Under the pieces are notes generated by a model. It did not search any database. It was given only the letters and a program-made list of their open reading frames with translations, and was not told where the DNA came from. A stretch of 64,000 nucleotides of DNA from Eledone cirrhosa (lineage: Eukaryota), in contig OZ024740.1 in the NCBI GenBank assembly GCA_964016885.1, forward strand, positions 179,242,001-179,306,000, read 5' to 3'. Positions 23,283-38,046 of the stretch are shown here, piece after piece; position 1 is the first letter of the stretch; each line of letters opens with the position of its first letter. Both the position numbers and the translations under genes were made by a program.

Positions 23283-25929
23283 TTACTATTAGTAGTAGCA
23301 GTAGTAATATTACTACTATTATTGTTGTTGTTGAACATTTGCATAATAAATATGATAATTTCTGGCTATTTCTGCTATTTCTGGCTATTTCTGATAATTT
23401 CTGCTTTTCGAGGTTCAACAAGATCCTTAGACAAATAGTACGTTCCTGTGTATATGAACTGGACCCAAATTTGAGAAGCCTCATTGTGAAAGCGTATACA
23501 AATGTCACACAATTCTATATTTCTCTTTGTTCTCATAAAACCAGGAGATTACATTCATAAGTTTCACTGCTTCTCGGCTTTTTATCAGAAGACAAATACA
23601 TTTGTCTCTCAGTATATAGTCAATCATTATGATATAAATCTATTTATAGACGGTAGGATTAGGGCCTATATTTCCAATGAAGAGCTACAGAGCTGGGAGA
23701 CATATAAAGGCAACTACTTAGATGTTCCGATTTTGAAAATCCACTAAAATATAGATGAATTATAAATAAATGTTGAATACTTTTGGCAAATTACCTATGA
23801 TATCAAAAGACTTAGATGAAAAACGCCTTCGGCAATAAAACCATGAATCTGCTAAATACCAGACGAGACAGTTTAACTATTTCACCAAAAGCCCTTTGCC
23901 CGCTGTTTACCATGATTTTAGAAGATTTTAGATTTCAAAATTATTACAGCAGATGTCTATCTCAATTCCTGTAGGTATTTATCCATTTCTTTGTTTCCAG
24001 CGATATTTTACCTAAGTTGCCAAAATATTATTTGCGTCGAATCTTCAAAAAGCAAAGATATTTTCAAATGTCTTCAATTCTTCTTAAACGATTCAAATAT
24101 TGTTTGCAATCATTTATGTTTTTTTTGTATTCGAAAACAATAACAATTGTTTCACATTTAATTCTCCTTTCACTACAATTCATACAATCTGCAGTTATAT
24201 CTACATTACATATATCTTACTATTATTAATTTTTATTTTTAACATTATACAACGAGGAGTGTGATTAATATAGATTTAATAATGGAGAAATAGTTTATAG
24301 TTATATATGGAGTATATGGAGAAATAGTTTATAGTTACCTTATTGCTATTCATTTCCACATTATGTCTAGATTTATAACCTAGAATTGATTGACAGTAGC
24401 ATGTATATAATATCATAGATAACAATTCTATATGAATACATTTTATTCAAGTATAAGTATTGTTGTAGTTTCTAAATATTGACATCTCATCGTGATATAC
24501 TTCAATCCCCATGAAATAGTTTCTGTAACTGTTGGTACATTGTTCCTTTTGCTCCGGTTTTCCAGTGTCGTGAGGTCGTTGTTTGTGCTTATTTTTCATT
24601 ATACAAACACACATACAAACACACACATACACACACAATACATACACACACACATATATATGTATATATGTGTATGTATATAAAATTATATTTGGGAAAA
24701 ATTAACAAGATAAAGAAAGAATACCTATTCACTTTGATGTCCTGACTGTAGTTTCGCTAAGTAAAGGCAGTTTGAGCATTCTGAGAAATCTCAGTAAACT
24801 TCTCAATCAAGAAAAAAATCTTCTGAGTAATACGCTATCAGCGATGATATCCAATTGTTAAATTATCACGTGATTTACAGTCAACAGAAGTGTAACAGAA
24901 GTAACGGGGATGAACTTTTTCCTTAAACATAAGGGAGCAATTAACAATTTTATTGGATATATATATATATACACACTAAAATAATAAAAAAAAGAATGAA
25001 GTATTAGGTCTTCATTACGTTTATTGAGTTGTGACGCATTTTTCGCGATTGATCAACTCAAGGTTCGAATTATATTGATCTCGCTCGACTTTGGAATCAA
25101 ATGCTTGTCAGACTTCTGTTATGGTAATGACAAACCCTACATACATACGTAAATATATATATATATATATATATACAGGTGGAAAGTAACAGTAATTCGA
25201 TATTGCGTTTAAGGTGACACGTGCCTTAAAGATGAAAAAACGGCCACTCGTAATTACTGGTATAGCATCAGATTTATACTATTACATATATCACTTTACC
25301 GAGGAATTGGATCTTCGTATTCGTGTGGTTACAACGATCTCACGTATACATGCTCTACGTTAAGAAATTGCCTTAAGCACAAACCTCCTGGCCTCCACAT
25401 CACAGGCATATTCACAGATAGAATAATATATTAATCCTAACTCTCCATATTTTGAGGTTTATTTCTCCTGATTTAATAAAAAAAATTTCGAGTATTTGAA
25501 ATCAGACGGCAATATTAAAGACGCGTTGTTCTATGTTTATTTCGAAAACTATTGTAAAAGTTATTATGATGTTATACTTTACTGTTGCTCTTATAAAGCC
25601 ATGCTTCAAACAGTCGTAGAGCTACAATATAATACCCCTCCATAAAGATATGCACACAGGTACACATTCCTACACACAAGCACTCACACACAAACAATAC
25701 TCATGGCAAGTTTATAGTCCACTATAAATAAAACATTTCGCACATTAACCTTATGCGTTTCTTCAACTTCAATCCATTTTGATCCAGCTTTCGAATTGTC
25801 CCCCATGCAGGATTCATAGTATTGATCTGTCTGTCTAGTATAGAGCACTGGCGTTCTTCAACTGTCCATCTTTCTTGAGAGTACAAGACTCCCAATTGGA
25901 CATGACGCCAATCCATTATATGGTTAAAC

Positions 25930-26090
25930 GCTCAGCTATTGCTGGTGTTCATTTTCGGCTGAGTTTACTGGAGCAATGTGAAATGAAGTGTATTGTTCAA
26001 GAACACAAAACACAACCCAGTCCAGGAATGAAACCCATGACAGTAGGATCGTAAGTTTAACATCCTTACCACTAGGCCACACGCCTCACT
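25930..26090 (-). mobile_element. Second tRNA-derived SINE family, degenerate
   Basis: Minus strand begins gtgaggcgtgtggcctagtggtaaggatg (A-box) and continues into a CORE-like ttgtgttcttgaacaa..cacttcatttcacattgctccag. Confidence 0.7.
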
Positions 26091-27472
26091 ATATGAGGAA
26101 TACGGAAAAGACATAACTTTAGTATATTATGAACTTGGTGCTGGTAAAATACAAAAATATTCCCGAGGTTCCCACAGCAATAATGGCGAAACTTTAAGAA
26201 CTTTATTTAAAATTTGATTACCATAGTTATATTTTGTACTAGAATGGTATCTCTAATATTCTTTTCTTTATTTGATAATATATATCGAATGATTTTAATA
26301 TATAAACAATGTTTGTGCATGTTTAAAAACAACTAAGTGTACGCAACATCCTTTTGGAGGCCTATTAATTCCTAACATTCATTCATATATCTACTAGACT
26401 CCAAATAGATAAACGTGGAAAATAGGATTATCTGGTGTTTATTCTTCATTCAAGAGAATTAGTGAGAGAGAAGGACTCAACAATAATTGAAATCAACTCG
26501 AGTCACAGACGAAATTCACGTAGTTATCACTACTTTACATTCAAACGCTGTAAATATCATTACATTCTACGAATGTAATGCTATTTTGCTGTGTACTATT
26601 TTTTTATATTTCACAGGAAGGATCTAAGAGTTTGATATAATAAATATATACACATCTAGTAAACATGTTAAAGACAAGAAAAATAAAATATACAGTAAAT
26701 TGTAAATATATAACGAAGGCTCCATATATGTTATATATCTCAATAGAATTACTTGGGCTGGATTAATTCAAAGCATTGTTGTATTATGTTGGAAAATGTG
26801 ATTAGCGATAGATCTCGTTAAATGTTCAAACGTACGTGAATACCTGTTGGGTTGTGTGATGTAAATGTGCTTGTGGCCATTTGTGTGGATACATTTATGT
26901 GCACATACGCATATATGTAAACATATATTCGTATGTATATGTAGACTAAATTAATAAGTACATAATTATATGTATAAGCTGATGATGTATATATTCATAC
27001 ACACACAACACACACACACACATATATATATACGGCTTAAATTGTGTTTCTTTTGTTTTTTTGTTTCAATTCAGCAACGAATCATCACACCATCACACAA
27101 TTTGCTACATAGATAGACATCTCTCCAAGGATATTTCCTGAAAAAGAATGAAACACCGGAGTTATATGTTAAAAATAAAAGTCAGGCAAAAATAATTAAT
27201 GTTTTATTGGATTTTGGCAATGAGAGCAAAACGAAAGTGTCAGTCGAAAAAATTAATCCTTCCAGTTCTCTGCATGCTGCTTATTTCATGCTTTCTCACT
27301 TCAAAACACTTTTTCGCTTTATGTCTATTCCAATTTCCTCTGTTTCCAACATTCTATTCATTTCTTAACCCCGAAATTGTGATGGGGTTGAAAGGCATGC
27401 CTTTGCGTCATTCTAAATGTCTTCTCAAACCTCTCCTGGACTAGGTACAGCCTCTTTGGTACAGACAAAGAG

Positions 27473-27558
<86 letters not shown>

Positions 27559-27621
27559 TGTGTGTATGTTTGCGTGTGTATGTGTGTGTATGTGTGTGTG
27601 TTTGAGAGAGAGAGAGTGAGT

Positions 27622-27668
<47 letters not shown>

Positions 27669-27769
27669 GAGAGAGAGAGAGAGATGAGGGTTCGGATTCA
27701 GTATTGGTCTGGTACTTTATCAAAAACGAAAAGATAAAACGCAAAGTCAAGCTCGGTGGGTTGTGAACA

Positions 27770-28560
27770 TATACCTTCATTGTAGGTGACCTGAAAATGT
27801 ATGCCAAAAATATAAAGCGTATGAAGTAAACCTTGGCTTGGTTAGGACGCTCTCGGAAGATATAGGAATTGAGTTTTGTTCCTATATGATTATAAAGTGA
27901 GGTAAAACTACATGCCAGTCCAACAACATCTGTTACCACGGTATGGTAACAGGATACTTAGGGGAAGATGAAAATACATCCTGTGATGGAATCCTTTAGC
28001 AAGGAACGAGTAACCTTGGAATATGACACTCGAATATGTAAAGTATGGTCTTCGGAACTCTCGGCGCACAATATATCAGTGGCCCACCATGTATTTCTTG
28101 TGACTAGGCTGATAGCACCAGTTGGACTACTTACCTAAACGCTAGAAGAGATACGAGCTATTGTAGGTAAAATCAGAAACGTTCTAACAAACCCGGCCCG
28201 GAAATTTCCACATCAATACGAACTTAGACCGCCTCTACCTAAAAGAAAAACAACAGAGAGGCAGATGTTTATCATCAATCCAAACAGCATTTGCGTATCG
28301 TCTAATATCACACCGACAACCCATACGAACCACCAAGTGTAAAAGACCATCCCCCGAAGAAAGTTGTCTACATGAGGGATATAACATCATGAGAGTTGGT
28401 AAGTAGCTCACTGAGAAATACTCCCTGCACGATAGCTAACATCCCCCAGCGAAACAGCACAGTAATACCGCAACGAATCCTTGAATAAAAAGCTGTATGT
28501 TTATGAGCAAGAATCATATATCGCTATGTGGCCAGAAAGCTCCAAAGTGTGAGTAAAATT
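27770..28560 (+). mobile_element. Old R4/Dong-like (RLE-type) LINE RT fragment
   Basis: Residual motifs F.VGDLKMYAKN, EDIGIEF and NFHINTNLDRLYLKRK..GR; heavily frameshifted. Confidence 0.55.
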
Positions 28561-28669
28561 TAAAGGTTATATTCCTTAAACTAAAATGAAATAACAGGTA
28601 TTATTTTCTAAATCCCCCCAGTAATTAACCTATCTATAATATTGTTAGATTTACTCATGGAATAGATTT

Positions 28670-31600
28670 ATTGGTAGAAATAAGTCTTTGGGGGAAGTGG
28701 GAGCTCGATTATATCAACCCTAGTACTAAACCCGGAATTTAGAAGGCTAAAGTTGACCACAATGAGATTTTAATCCGGACGTAGAAAGGCGTAACTAAAT
28801 ATCGCAAAGCATGTTGTCTGACGCTCTACCGACACTGCCAATTCACTGCCATAAATGATGGTAATAATTATTTCTACATTGGCAAAATGTCGTCAACTTT
28901 GAAGGAAAGCGGGAAGATAATTAAATCGACCCCGTAAGGCTGAAAGGCACAACAAACCTAGGTAGAATTTGAGCTCAGAATGTAAATGACAGTAAATATA
29001 TGCCGCAAACATATTGTTCGAGGCTCTACAGATACTGCCAATCAACACTAATTGATTATAATGCAATATGCTTTCGCGCGCGTTTATCTTTGCTTGCGTT
29101 GGAGTCTGAAATTACATGTGTTTGTGTATAATGCGGATAATAAAAGTTTCTAACTTTGAGCATACAGAATAGTCTAGTACTAAATGGAATTTGTAATTAC
29201 GACAGAGAGCAGAATTTGTGGATAGTCGAACAATATGATTTGCGTTCAGTTGAAACACACTCTTCCGACCACTTTGTATTTCATATCATCCTTCTGCAGG
29301 TAATACTATAATCAATTGCTATATACACGCATTGTCGTTTCAACTTATTTCCTATTAATTTGCAAGACATTGTTATCATTAATTGGAAGGCATCGGAACA
29401 GAAACATTAAAACCACATTCTAATCATCTAAGAGATTTCACTTTACGTTGTCGTTTGTGCTAAACCAAATAATATCATGCATTAACTTAAGCATTTATCA
29501 GAGAAATGTAAGCACAAAAAGTAATGGACTGTTGTTCTTTTTTATATTTCCAATCTACTGATTATGGCTAATGTCAATTTTACGTTGAAAATCTTAGCAT
29601 TTGTCAAGTTGCATATCTGAATTTGGTAAAATGTCAGACAAAATATCTTCTAATACTTGGTCAAATTCCCTTGGGCTCTAACTTCAATTACTTGCCAGGT
29701 ACATCTTCACGTTTAGCCTTTCCAGAACTATAAAATGATTAAGGGTCGCTTGAATTGATTATATGCTAGAAAACGTTACCTTGTAAAATAATTGTTTCTA
29801 CTTTTGGCAGAAGGCCACCAATTACCCAGTATATTACTGGTACTTTATTTTATCGACCCCGTAAGGATGAAAGCAAAGTTAACCTCGGCGGGATTAGAAC
29901 TCAGACCGTAAAGGGACGTAAATATACTGGAAAGCATGGCGTCCGACTCTCCAGCGATACTGCCAATCCACCGTGAAAGAAAAATCTATCAATAATAAAC
30001 ACGAGTCATTATTTGAGAGATTATGTATCACTTCAATCACCATTCAGATCACCGTTGTTCTCACCTCACTGTCTTCCACAAACCACGGACAAATCGGGAT
30101 GAGGTCATAATGCCTGAGGAAGGATGTCACGCTATTAGTTCTTCGTGGCACTCACTCGTCAGCTTGTCCCGTAACGAAGCTAAGATATGCTCTTCTACAG
30201 TGTATTAGTTGGTTTGTTAATTATTTCTTTCTTTAGATTTTGTCGTGTGGAAATAAATTCCTATTAAATTTGAATTTAAAAAAAAAATATGACAGTATTT
30301 AATAATTTAGTAATATCATTTTTGATTACATTAGAAGCAGAATATTCTTTACTTACATCTTCAGGAAAATGAACAAAGACAACTGATCAAATTTATCAGC
30401 ACAACATAACTCCATTGCCTTCAGCTGAAATGAAACCTAACTCTAGAAGCTGCTTAAAAGAATGAATGATGAAACAAAATCAAAATAATGATACCATTAA
30501 CAAATAATAATTCTTTACATTATCAGAAGGCCACATATTTGGGAGATGATGTTGTCAATGTAGTAGATCGACCATAGTACTTGACTGATCCTTGTTTTGT
30601 TAATCCATAGACAGATGAAACGAATAGTTTAGTCAGCAGGATTCAAACTCAAAGCTTAAAACAATCTTGGGAACTAAAATTATCATTTATAACTCATCTT
30701 CGAATTTAGTATTCTTTAATGGTAATTACGTCATCGAACGTATGATAATGGTTTCTCATCTAAGCATAAGGCCAACAATGTTTGGGGTGGGTAAAGTCGA
30801 ATATTGGTACTTTATTTTATGGACCCCGTGAGGATGAAAAAGAAAGCCAACCTCGGCAGGATTTTAAATCAGAACGAAAACGAATACAACTAAATGCCAC
30901 AAGCCATCATTTTGAAATAATAACATCGATTTCTTACATAAAATAATTGTTTCTACTTTAGGCACAAGGCCAGCAATTACCCAGTGCATTACTGGTACTT
31001 TATTTTATCGACCCCGTAAGGATGAAAGGCAAAGTCAACCTCGGCGGATAAAATAATGATGGTAATAACCATTTCTAACAGACACATGGCCACACATTTC
31101 GGTCAGTGGCTTGTTCAATTAAATCGACTTCAGTACTTTACTGGTACTTTATATCATGACCACCGGGTGGATGGACAGCAAAATTGGGCTCTGTAGGCTT
31201 TGAACTTTGAATATAAAAGTCCCTAACTATATACCAAAAATTATGTAGTGCGACACTTTAATGATTTTGCCAATCCAGCAGTCTGTAATAAGAATTTTTC
31301 CTAACATAGGCAAAATTTAGAAGTTGTGGGTAAGCTTTGAGCCGATTGACCACATTACTTGACTGATAGATTATTTTATCGACCCTGAAGGTAGGAGAGG
31401 TACAGTTAATCTCGGCAGGGTTTGAACTCAGAATGTAAAGAGTCGTAAATATTTATCGCAAATTATCTTTCCCACGCTCTCTCAATTCACTCAATCTGAC
31501 TCCATAATATGATAATAATAATTGTTTCTAATGGATAGTAATTTGAAGTGGATTGAATCGACCGAAATTTGTTACTGCTGCCTTCTTTGATTGACCCCGT

Positions 31601-31720
31601 AAGGATGAAAGGCAAGGTTAACCTCGGCGGGATTTGAACTCAGAATATAAAGGGCTATAACTATATGCCGCAAACAATGTTGTTGATGCTCCACTGACAC
31701 TGCCAATCAACCACCCTCTC
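28670..31720 (-). mobile_element. Cluster of about 9 SINE copies, all on the minus strand
   Basis: Copies at about 28690-28852, 28868-29048, 29789-29975, 30505-30660, 30750-30905, 30943-31048, 31070-31280, 31295-31500 and 31520-31715. Confidence 0.85.
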
Positions 31721-33340
31721 TAATATTTAATATTAACCTGAATACATGTAGAAATTCTAAAATTTAAATGCTAAGTTTATAACCAAAATTGCAATAATAA
31801 ATAATAAATAAAAAAAAAAACTATCAACAAGTTTATATATAGGATGTAATAATCTTGTGAATATATTTTAAAAGTGAAACCTTCAAATTGAAGAACATAA
31901 CGTTACTTGATGTAAAATGTTTTAAGTCTTGAATATCATGATTAATTAATAGATTCCTGGTTGCCTTGACGTAGTAGGTAGCTTTTGTTAATAATAATTT
32001 CTTCTAAAATCATCGGTCATATTAAAGTCCTAAATCTCATTATTGTTCAATTTTGTAAGTAGTTCTTACTTTTAAGAAGAAAGGCTTACTACCCTCAACT
32101 AATGTTGAAATGATTTACCTTTATATATATGAATCTATTGTCTACTTAATGTATGATGTTAGGTTTAGTCAAGTGTGATTAATTACACATTCCTTGGTTA
32201 TGTTATAGAAAAAAGAGGAGCAGTAGCATATCAAGGAATGAATTTGGGTATCTAGTACATAACACCATAATCCGAAGCTAATTATCAGGCCTTGACAATG
32301 TATTGGCGATTAGGAATCATACATTCTCGTGACTTAAAGTGTGACTTCAACTATGAAAAGCTTGCTATATGTATCGCTCATAGCTCTGACAATCTATTAT
32401 ATAAACATCCGGTTCAGTTAATATGGACATGTTACATCTACCAAATGTCAATAACAAGAATGTTGACTTAGCTATCACTTAACTTATGCTGGCGGGGCTA
32501 AGGTGATTCAAGAAAACGGAATCTTCAAGAATGTTCTTATATTACAGATGTGACGCATAATTCATTGCATTATGAGGCCACTCCGATGCATTGACGAATA
32601 TTATGTTTGTTTGAAGTGCTAAGTTCAATTCTTTATCAAACAGAAATGCTTACTTTTGACTACACTCATGTCCAAGGGAAATTTATGACATCCAGTTAAC
32701 GTTATAGAAACTAATGATTGTTGGTTATTTGGTTGGTATTTTTGATAGATCGAGTGACCAGACAGAGGCTCCTTTATGAACTTTATCTCATATGCAGGTA
32801 TTTTATCACATTTCTAATTTGAACATTTAATTGCGTATTAGCACAGCTGCCGTGCTGTCAGAAATAGATACATAAGGGAATATTATTCGTGATTGAGCTT
32901 AACAAAATAAGCAACACCACATTATATTGCATTGCTTTCCTCCTTTAACAAGAAACAGGCAAAGTTGAAATTAATATTGAAAAACCCTTAAAATAACTAA
33001 TTGATTATTTTGGGGGAATGATATTGTAAAAATGTCAATAAACACATGAAAACAGATTAGCGATGGAAGTCAATGCCAGTCATGATGCCGAGTTTCAGCA
33101 AATATTTGCCAATCTCCATTAAAATAAAATTAGGTAGCTGAGGAAAATGCAATGCATTTGATATCCAGCTGGTGCCAGGAAATCGTTTCCGTCGCCCGTA
33201 ACATCTATTTGAGGATTTATGAAGACTGTTATCAGTCTTCATACATTTAAAAGTTCTCATGCAGAGATGTTCATTTGACGAAGCAGTGGTAAAGAAAACC
33301 GAAGTGAAAGTATTGCATTATTAAAATAAAATCTCTTCTT

Positions 33341-33687
<347 letters not shown>

Positions 33688-35020
33688 ATTATGCATGTGT
33701 GTATATCCCTCTGTTTCTTTGTGCGCATCAATAAACAATAAATACTTTCATCGGTAATATATATATATATATATATATATAAGAGAGTATTGAAGTTTGC
33801 TTGAAGCATTGTGGAATGATAAGGTAAATTTCTTCCAAACGACTTAAAGAAATATATATATATATATGAGAGAATTATTGTTTGTCTAATGCATGTGTGT
33901 GCTTGACCTTCAATGTCCTGAAGTATATTCACGTGAGGGTGGGTCTCATTTGTCTTCAATTTTAAATAAAACATGACTCCTATGGTGTTGAGTTGAATGC
34001 AGCGCGTCAGAACATCGTAGCCCAGGGGAAAGCTTCTTAAATGCAATATATCAATATAAAATGAAATATCCGATACAGAGACTACAAAACACTATTTGCA
34101 CATTAGAACTCCTCAGCCGTAAGCAAACAAGTCACTGTCTTACACACACATAATTTTTATTTAGCATATCTCTTTATCTAGCCTATTGGGAAGGGTTTTG
34201 GACTTACAATCATAATGCCATGGGTTCGAAACAAACTTTAGACTTGTAAACAAGTTATCTAATGCACTCTCTCCTCGCATACAATTGCATAATATGAATA
34301 CGGGAATTAAATAATAAATAATCCTTTCAACATTATATTCAACCGTTTATTACGGGGTGAAAGCTATGATAATTAAAAGCGAAAATTGAGACACAATTTC
34401 ATTCTACGAATGAAGATACTTTTTACTTTAATTCATATCGTTTAACCGTTAGTCCTAAAAATGAAAGCAAAACGTCTATGACCCTTTATGCCTTGCCTCT
34501 AAAACAGATGGAAGGGAGGAATAAAGGAAGAAATAAAGTCATCAGAGAACAGAAACCTTGCCTGAATATTTCCAGCAGTGTAGACTCCACTAAAACCACA
34601 GGGAAAGGCCCAAATTTTAACAATCCTCTCATGCAATATATATGCAAATATGAAGCCAATTATAAATACTTCTGTTGGTTGCGTGTTTTCAATTCATATT
34701 TATGGTTTCGACATATTGGCAGTGATATAAATATAAATAGAGTTTAAATACGCGACTTTATTCTTTACCACTGTGTCACATGTTTCCATTACTTAACTTT
34801 CCAAATTAGTTTTAGAAACATATCAAAATAGAAAACTGAAATAAACTAAGAAATAAGATAACCCAGAAAAAAAAAGAAAAAAAAAAAAAGAAAAGCAAAA
34901 ATGACAGAAAATTTGTCTGAGCAGATATTTATATTCCAGGTAAATTGCTAAACCACACCTGTAAACAAAATATTTGACCTCATGTTATCAATGTTACTTA
35001 ACCTATTACTTGACTGGGTA

Positions 35021-35200
35021 GCTTGGCAGTATCGTTAAAGCGCCAGACACCATGCTTTGCAGCATAGAGTTATGGGTCTTTGCGTTCTGAGTTCAAATCC
35101 ACCGTGGTTATCTTTGTCTTTAATCCTTACGGAGTCGCGAAAGTAAAGTACCAGTAATGCACTGGGGTAATCGCTGGCCTTGTCCCCAAAAGTAGCAACT
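35021..35200 (+). mobile_element. SINE with 18-bp TSD
   Basis: CTATTACTTGACTGGGTA at 35003-35020 and 35201-35218. Confidence 0.9.
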
Positions 35201-35892
35201 CTATTACTTGACTGGGTATTTGAACTCAAATTTAAGTTTAAATTTCATGTGCAAATCCAGGAGTTAAAACATTAATGAGTTGACGGAAACAATACCACGA
35301 GGGTCTTCACGCAACATCAATGCTACCTGGGGTTAAACAGATGCAGAGTATAGCTATCCATAGATTTTGATGGGTTCGACTCAATCGAGAATTTAAGTCC
35401 TGCTAAGAAGTGAGGTGTGCATTTTCGGTCACTGCGAGGACTGAGAGGCGTTCTCTGAACATAGTAACATTTCTTCAAATTGGCTACAACTCTAAACACA
35501 ATAGATTTGGCACACTTTGTGTCTCTGAAAATCTCCGCAGTACTTTTACCGGTGCGGAGTAATTCGGCAATTACACTTCTACGGTTTAATTCTCTATTAA
35601 CATATTACTTTTTTTTAATTTCAGGTTGAACAAATTATGAATTATTGATTATTCAAGCTGGTAATATTTAATATCTAGACTCCAAAAAATTTATACAATT
35701 AGAAATATATGTATTTTCCCAATTTACCTGTTACACCCTGTATATTCGTTCAGTATTAAAATCGATTAACACACTAGGTTTGAAGAGGCATTGTACTGAC
35801 TGTAGTACATATGTTGCTATTAATGTCTCGTACATTGAGTTCCGAAGTTAAAGCATGTTATTAGTCAAAAGAAAATGAAAATACTCTTCGCA

Positions 35893-36058
35893 AATAATTG
35901 TTTCTACGTTAGGCACAAGGCCAGCAATTATCCAGTGCATTACTGGTACTTTATTTTATCGACCCCGTAAGGATGAAAGCCAAAGCCAACCTAGGCGGGA
36001 TTTGAACTCGGATCGTAAAGGGACGTAACTATGCTGGAAAGCATGGCGTCCGACCCTA
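35893..36058 (-). mobile_element. SINE
   Basis: Core and tail as in 23093-23282. Confidence 0.9.
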
Positions 36059-36457
36059 TGACAGTCCTAATCATGTCCAATTTCTAATTATGTTTTTGTG
36101 ATATGAATATAGAATTTTAAACGCTGTTATAAAGAATATATTGAATATTATCATATTTTCATTAGATACGTAATGGCGCTTTCAATTTGTTCAAAATTTG
36201 ATATTATCATAATGCTTCAAAGATTAAATTAATTTTTAACTATATCAAATTTGTTGGCACTAAGCAACCGAAATATACAGCAAATGTATATTTACAGTGC
36301 TCATACTACCTATACTATTATGTCCGTTTGAATGGCAATATTATATGTAATAAAACTTATGAGCCATCAGCTTACGTATTTCGTAGAGGTATTTTAGCTG
36401 ATGTAGATATTTTCTGATGATAGACAAATAAGTTTGGAAAGCCAGTTGAAAATAGTA

Positions 36458-36535
<78 letters not shown>

Positions 36536-36568
36536 ATATCTATATATCTATCTATATATATATCTATA

Positions 36569-36644
<76 letters not shown>

Positions 36645-36816
36645 CAATATCGGAGAAAGCTTTTTAGCGATACTCCGGCCAAATTCCAACTCACTCAACA
36701 AACATTAGGAAATAAGTGATTATATTCCCAATTATGCGTTCGGGGTGCTAACTAAAAGTATTGCGTGGAAAATTGGCTGTATTATTTCATATGAGACATA
36801 TCGAATATATCTCTTC

Positions 36817-36865
<49 letters not shown>

Positions 36866-37039
36866 GGGGAGGGATATATAGTTATAATATTGCCAAAAAT
36901 AATAATAAAACACACTCACTGTTTGGTTTGGATTGGTTTTCGCTTCTGTTTCTTTTATATCTCCATAGTTAATTCATCTGGCAATCAATGTTTATCATTG
37001 ATTGAACAACGGTTAAAGTACAGATATATATATATATAT

Positions 37040-37925
37040 ATATACAGTATATACGCTGCCCCCTTAGAGGATACTGCTTGACTGATAGGGTTATATATAG
37101 ATGCACTATAACTAGCCACAATAGCGTTAAACATTATATAGGGGCTACCTCCGGCCCGTTCAAAATTAGGTTTCGAACACATCTCCACTCTTTCACAAAT
37201 AAAAAACTAAGACACTCCACTTCGCTCGCGGACTACATCACATCACTAAAGGACTTAAACATCAGTTTCTCCACGCACTGGGATATTGTCGGCAGGGCTG
37301 CACCTTACAACTTCAAGAGGAAATGCGATTTTTGCCTCATTGAGCTCTACCACATCATAACTGCACCCAACGAGCTCATCAACAGCAGAGCCTTAACAGC
37401 GATAAGTTGTACACATCGCTTAAAAATATTCTTCTTCAGATGGGTTAAGGATGAGGAGTCAAACCGTGCACCAGATCTCCGTGCAACAAGTCTTAACACC
37501 CAGGCGGGCAAGCGCTGCAAATAACACCCAGGAAACTATATTGCATACCAGACCCAGCCTCAAACGACTCAGACAAACAGATGCAGCAAAAAAAAAACTC
37601 TCAAAATAAGCGTTGATTACATGCGTATCGACAATGGTAAGGTTGTAACCTCATGTCGTAGCGGATACAAAATTTGTCCAGGAAAGACTGCCCTAACACC
37701 AGCCAGAGTTACCTCCCTTGACCTGCTGCAAAATCAAAACAAGCTATTTTTGCGAGCAATGAACCATGACGTAGATTTAATCCCAAAATCTCTTTCCGCG
37801 CAATGTAAGGAACACTTTTGATTATTTATGCCCTTAAGAAGCCAAACCGGGCGAAACGTACGTAGGTGCTGTTTTAAATAAACATGTTTTAACGGTCTAT
37901 TCTCCGATTTCTTACTTCCCACGTA
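37040..37925 (+). mobile_element. 5'-truncated Naiad-like PLE: GIY-YIG + 3' UTR with hammerhead
   Basis: CPLRGYCL-TDRVIYRC..HYIGATSGPFKIRF..H..SF..WDIV..CDFCLIE..LINSR..CTH; bounded by (TA)n. Confidence 0.85.
37830..37867 (+). ncRNA. Minimal hammerhead ribozyme (one core substitution)
   Basis: gcc-CTTAAGA-a-gcc-aaaccg-ggc-GAAAC-gtac-GTA-ggt, then AATAAA; downstream of the GIY-YIG ORF. Confidence 0.72.
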
Positions 37926-37956
37926 TATATATATATAGTCTAACAAAGTTCTTCCG

Positions 37957-38046
37957 TCACACATATGTGACATCATCAGTGGCACTATTATGTTTCCTCC
38001 TGTTGTATTGTAATGAAGTACCACTGACGATGTCACATATGTGTGA
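37957..38046. repeat. Inverted pair of hammerhead 5' halves
   Basis: The minus strand has ccaCTGATGAtgtcacatatgtgtgac; the plus strand has ccaCTGACGAtgtcacatatgtgtga. Confidence 0.65.

Noticed and set aside
23380-24120. Possible exon or LINE remnant on minus (FIYTGTYYLSKDL..EI)
   Set aside because: Only a faint RT-thumb resemblance and weak splice sites; too degraded to classify.
34179-34232. tRNA-like A/B boxes
   Set aside because: No cloverleaf; probably a decayed SINE head. No true tRNA gene was called in the window.
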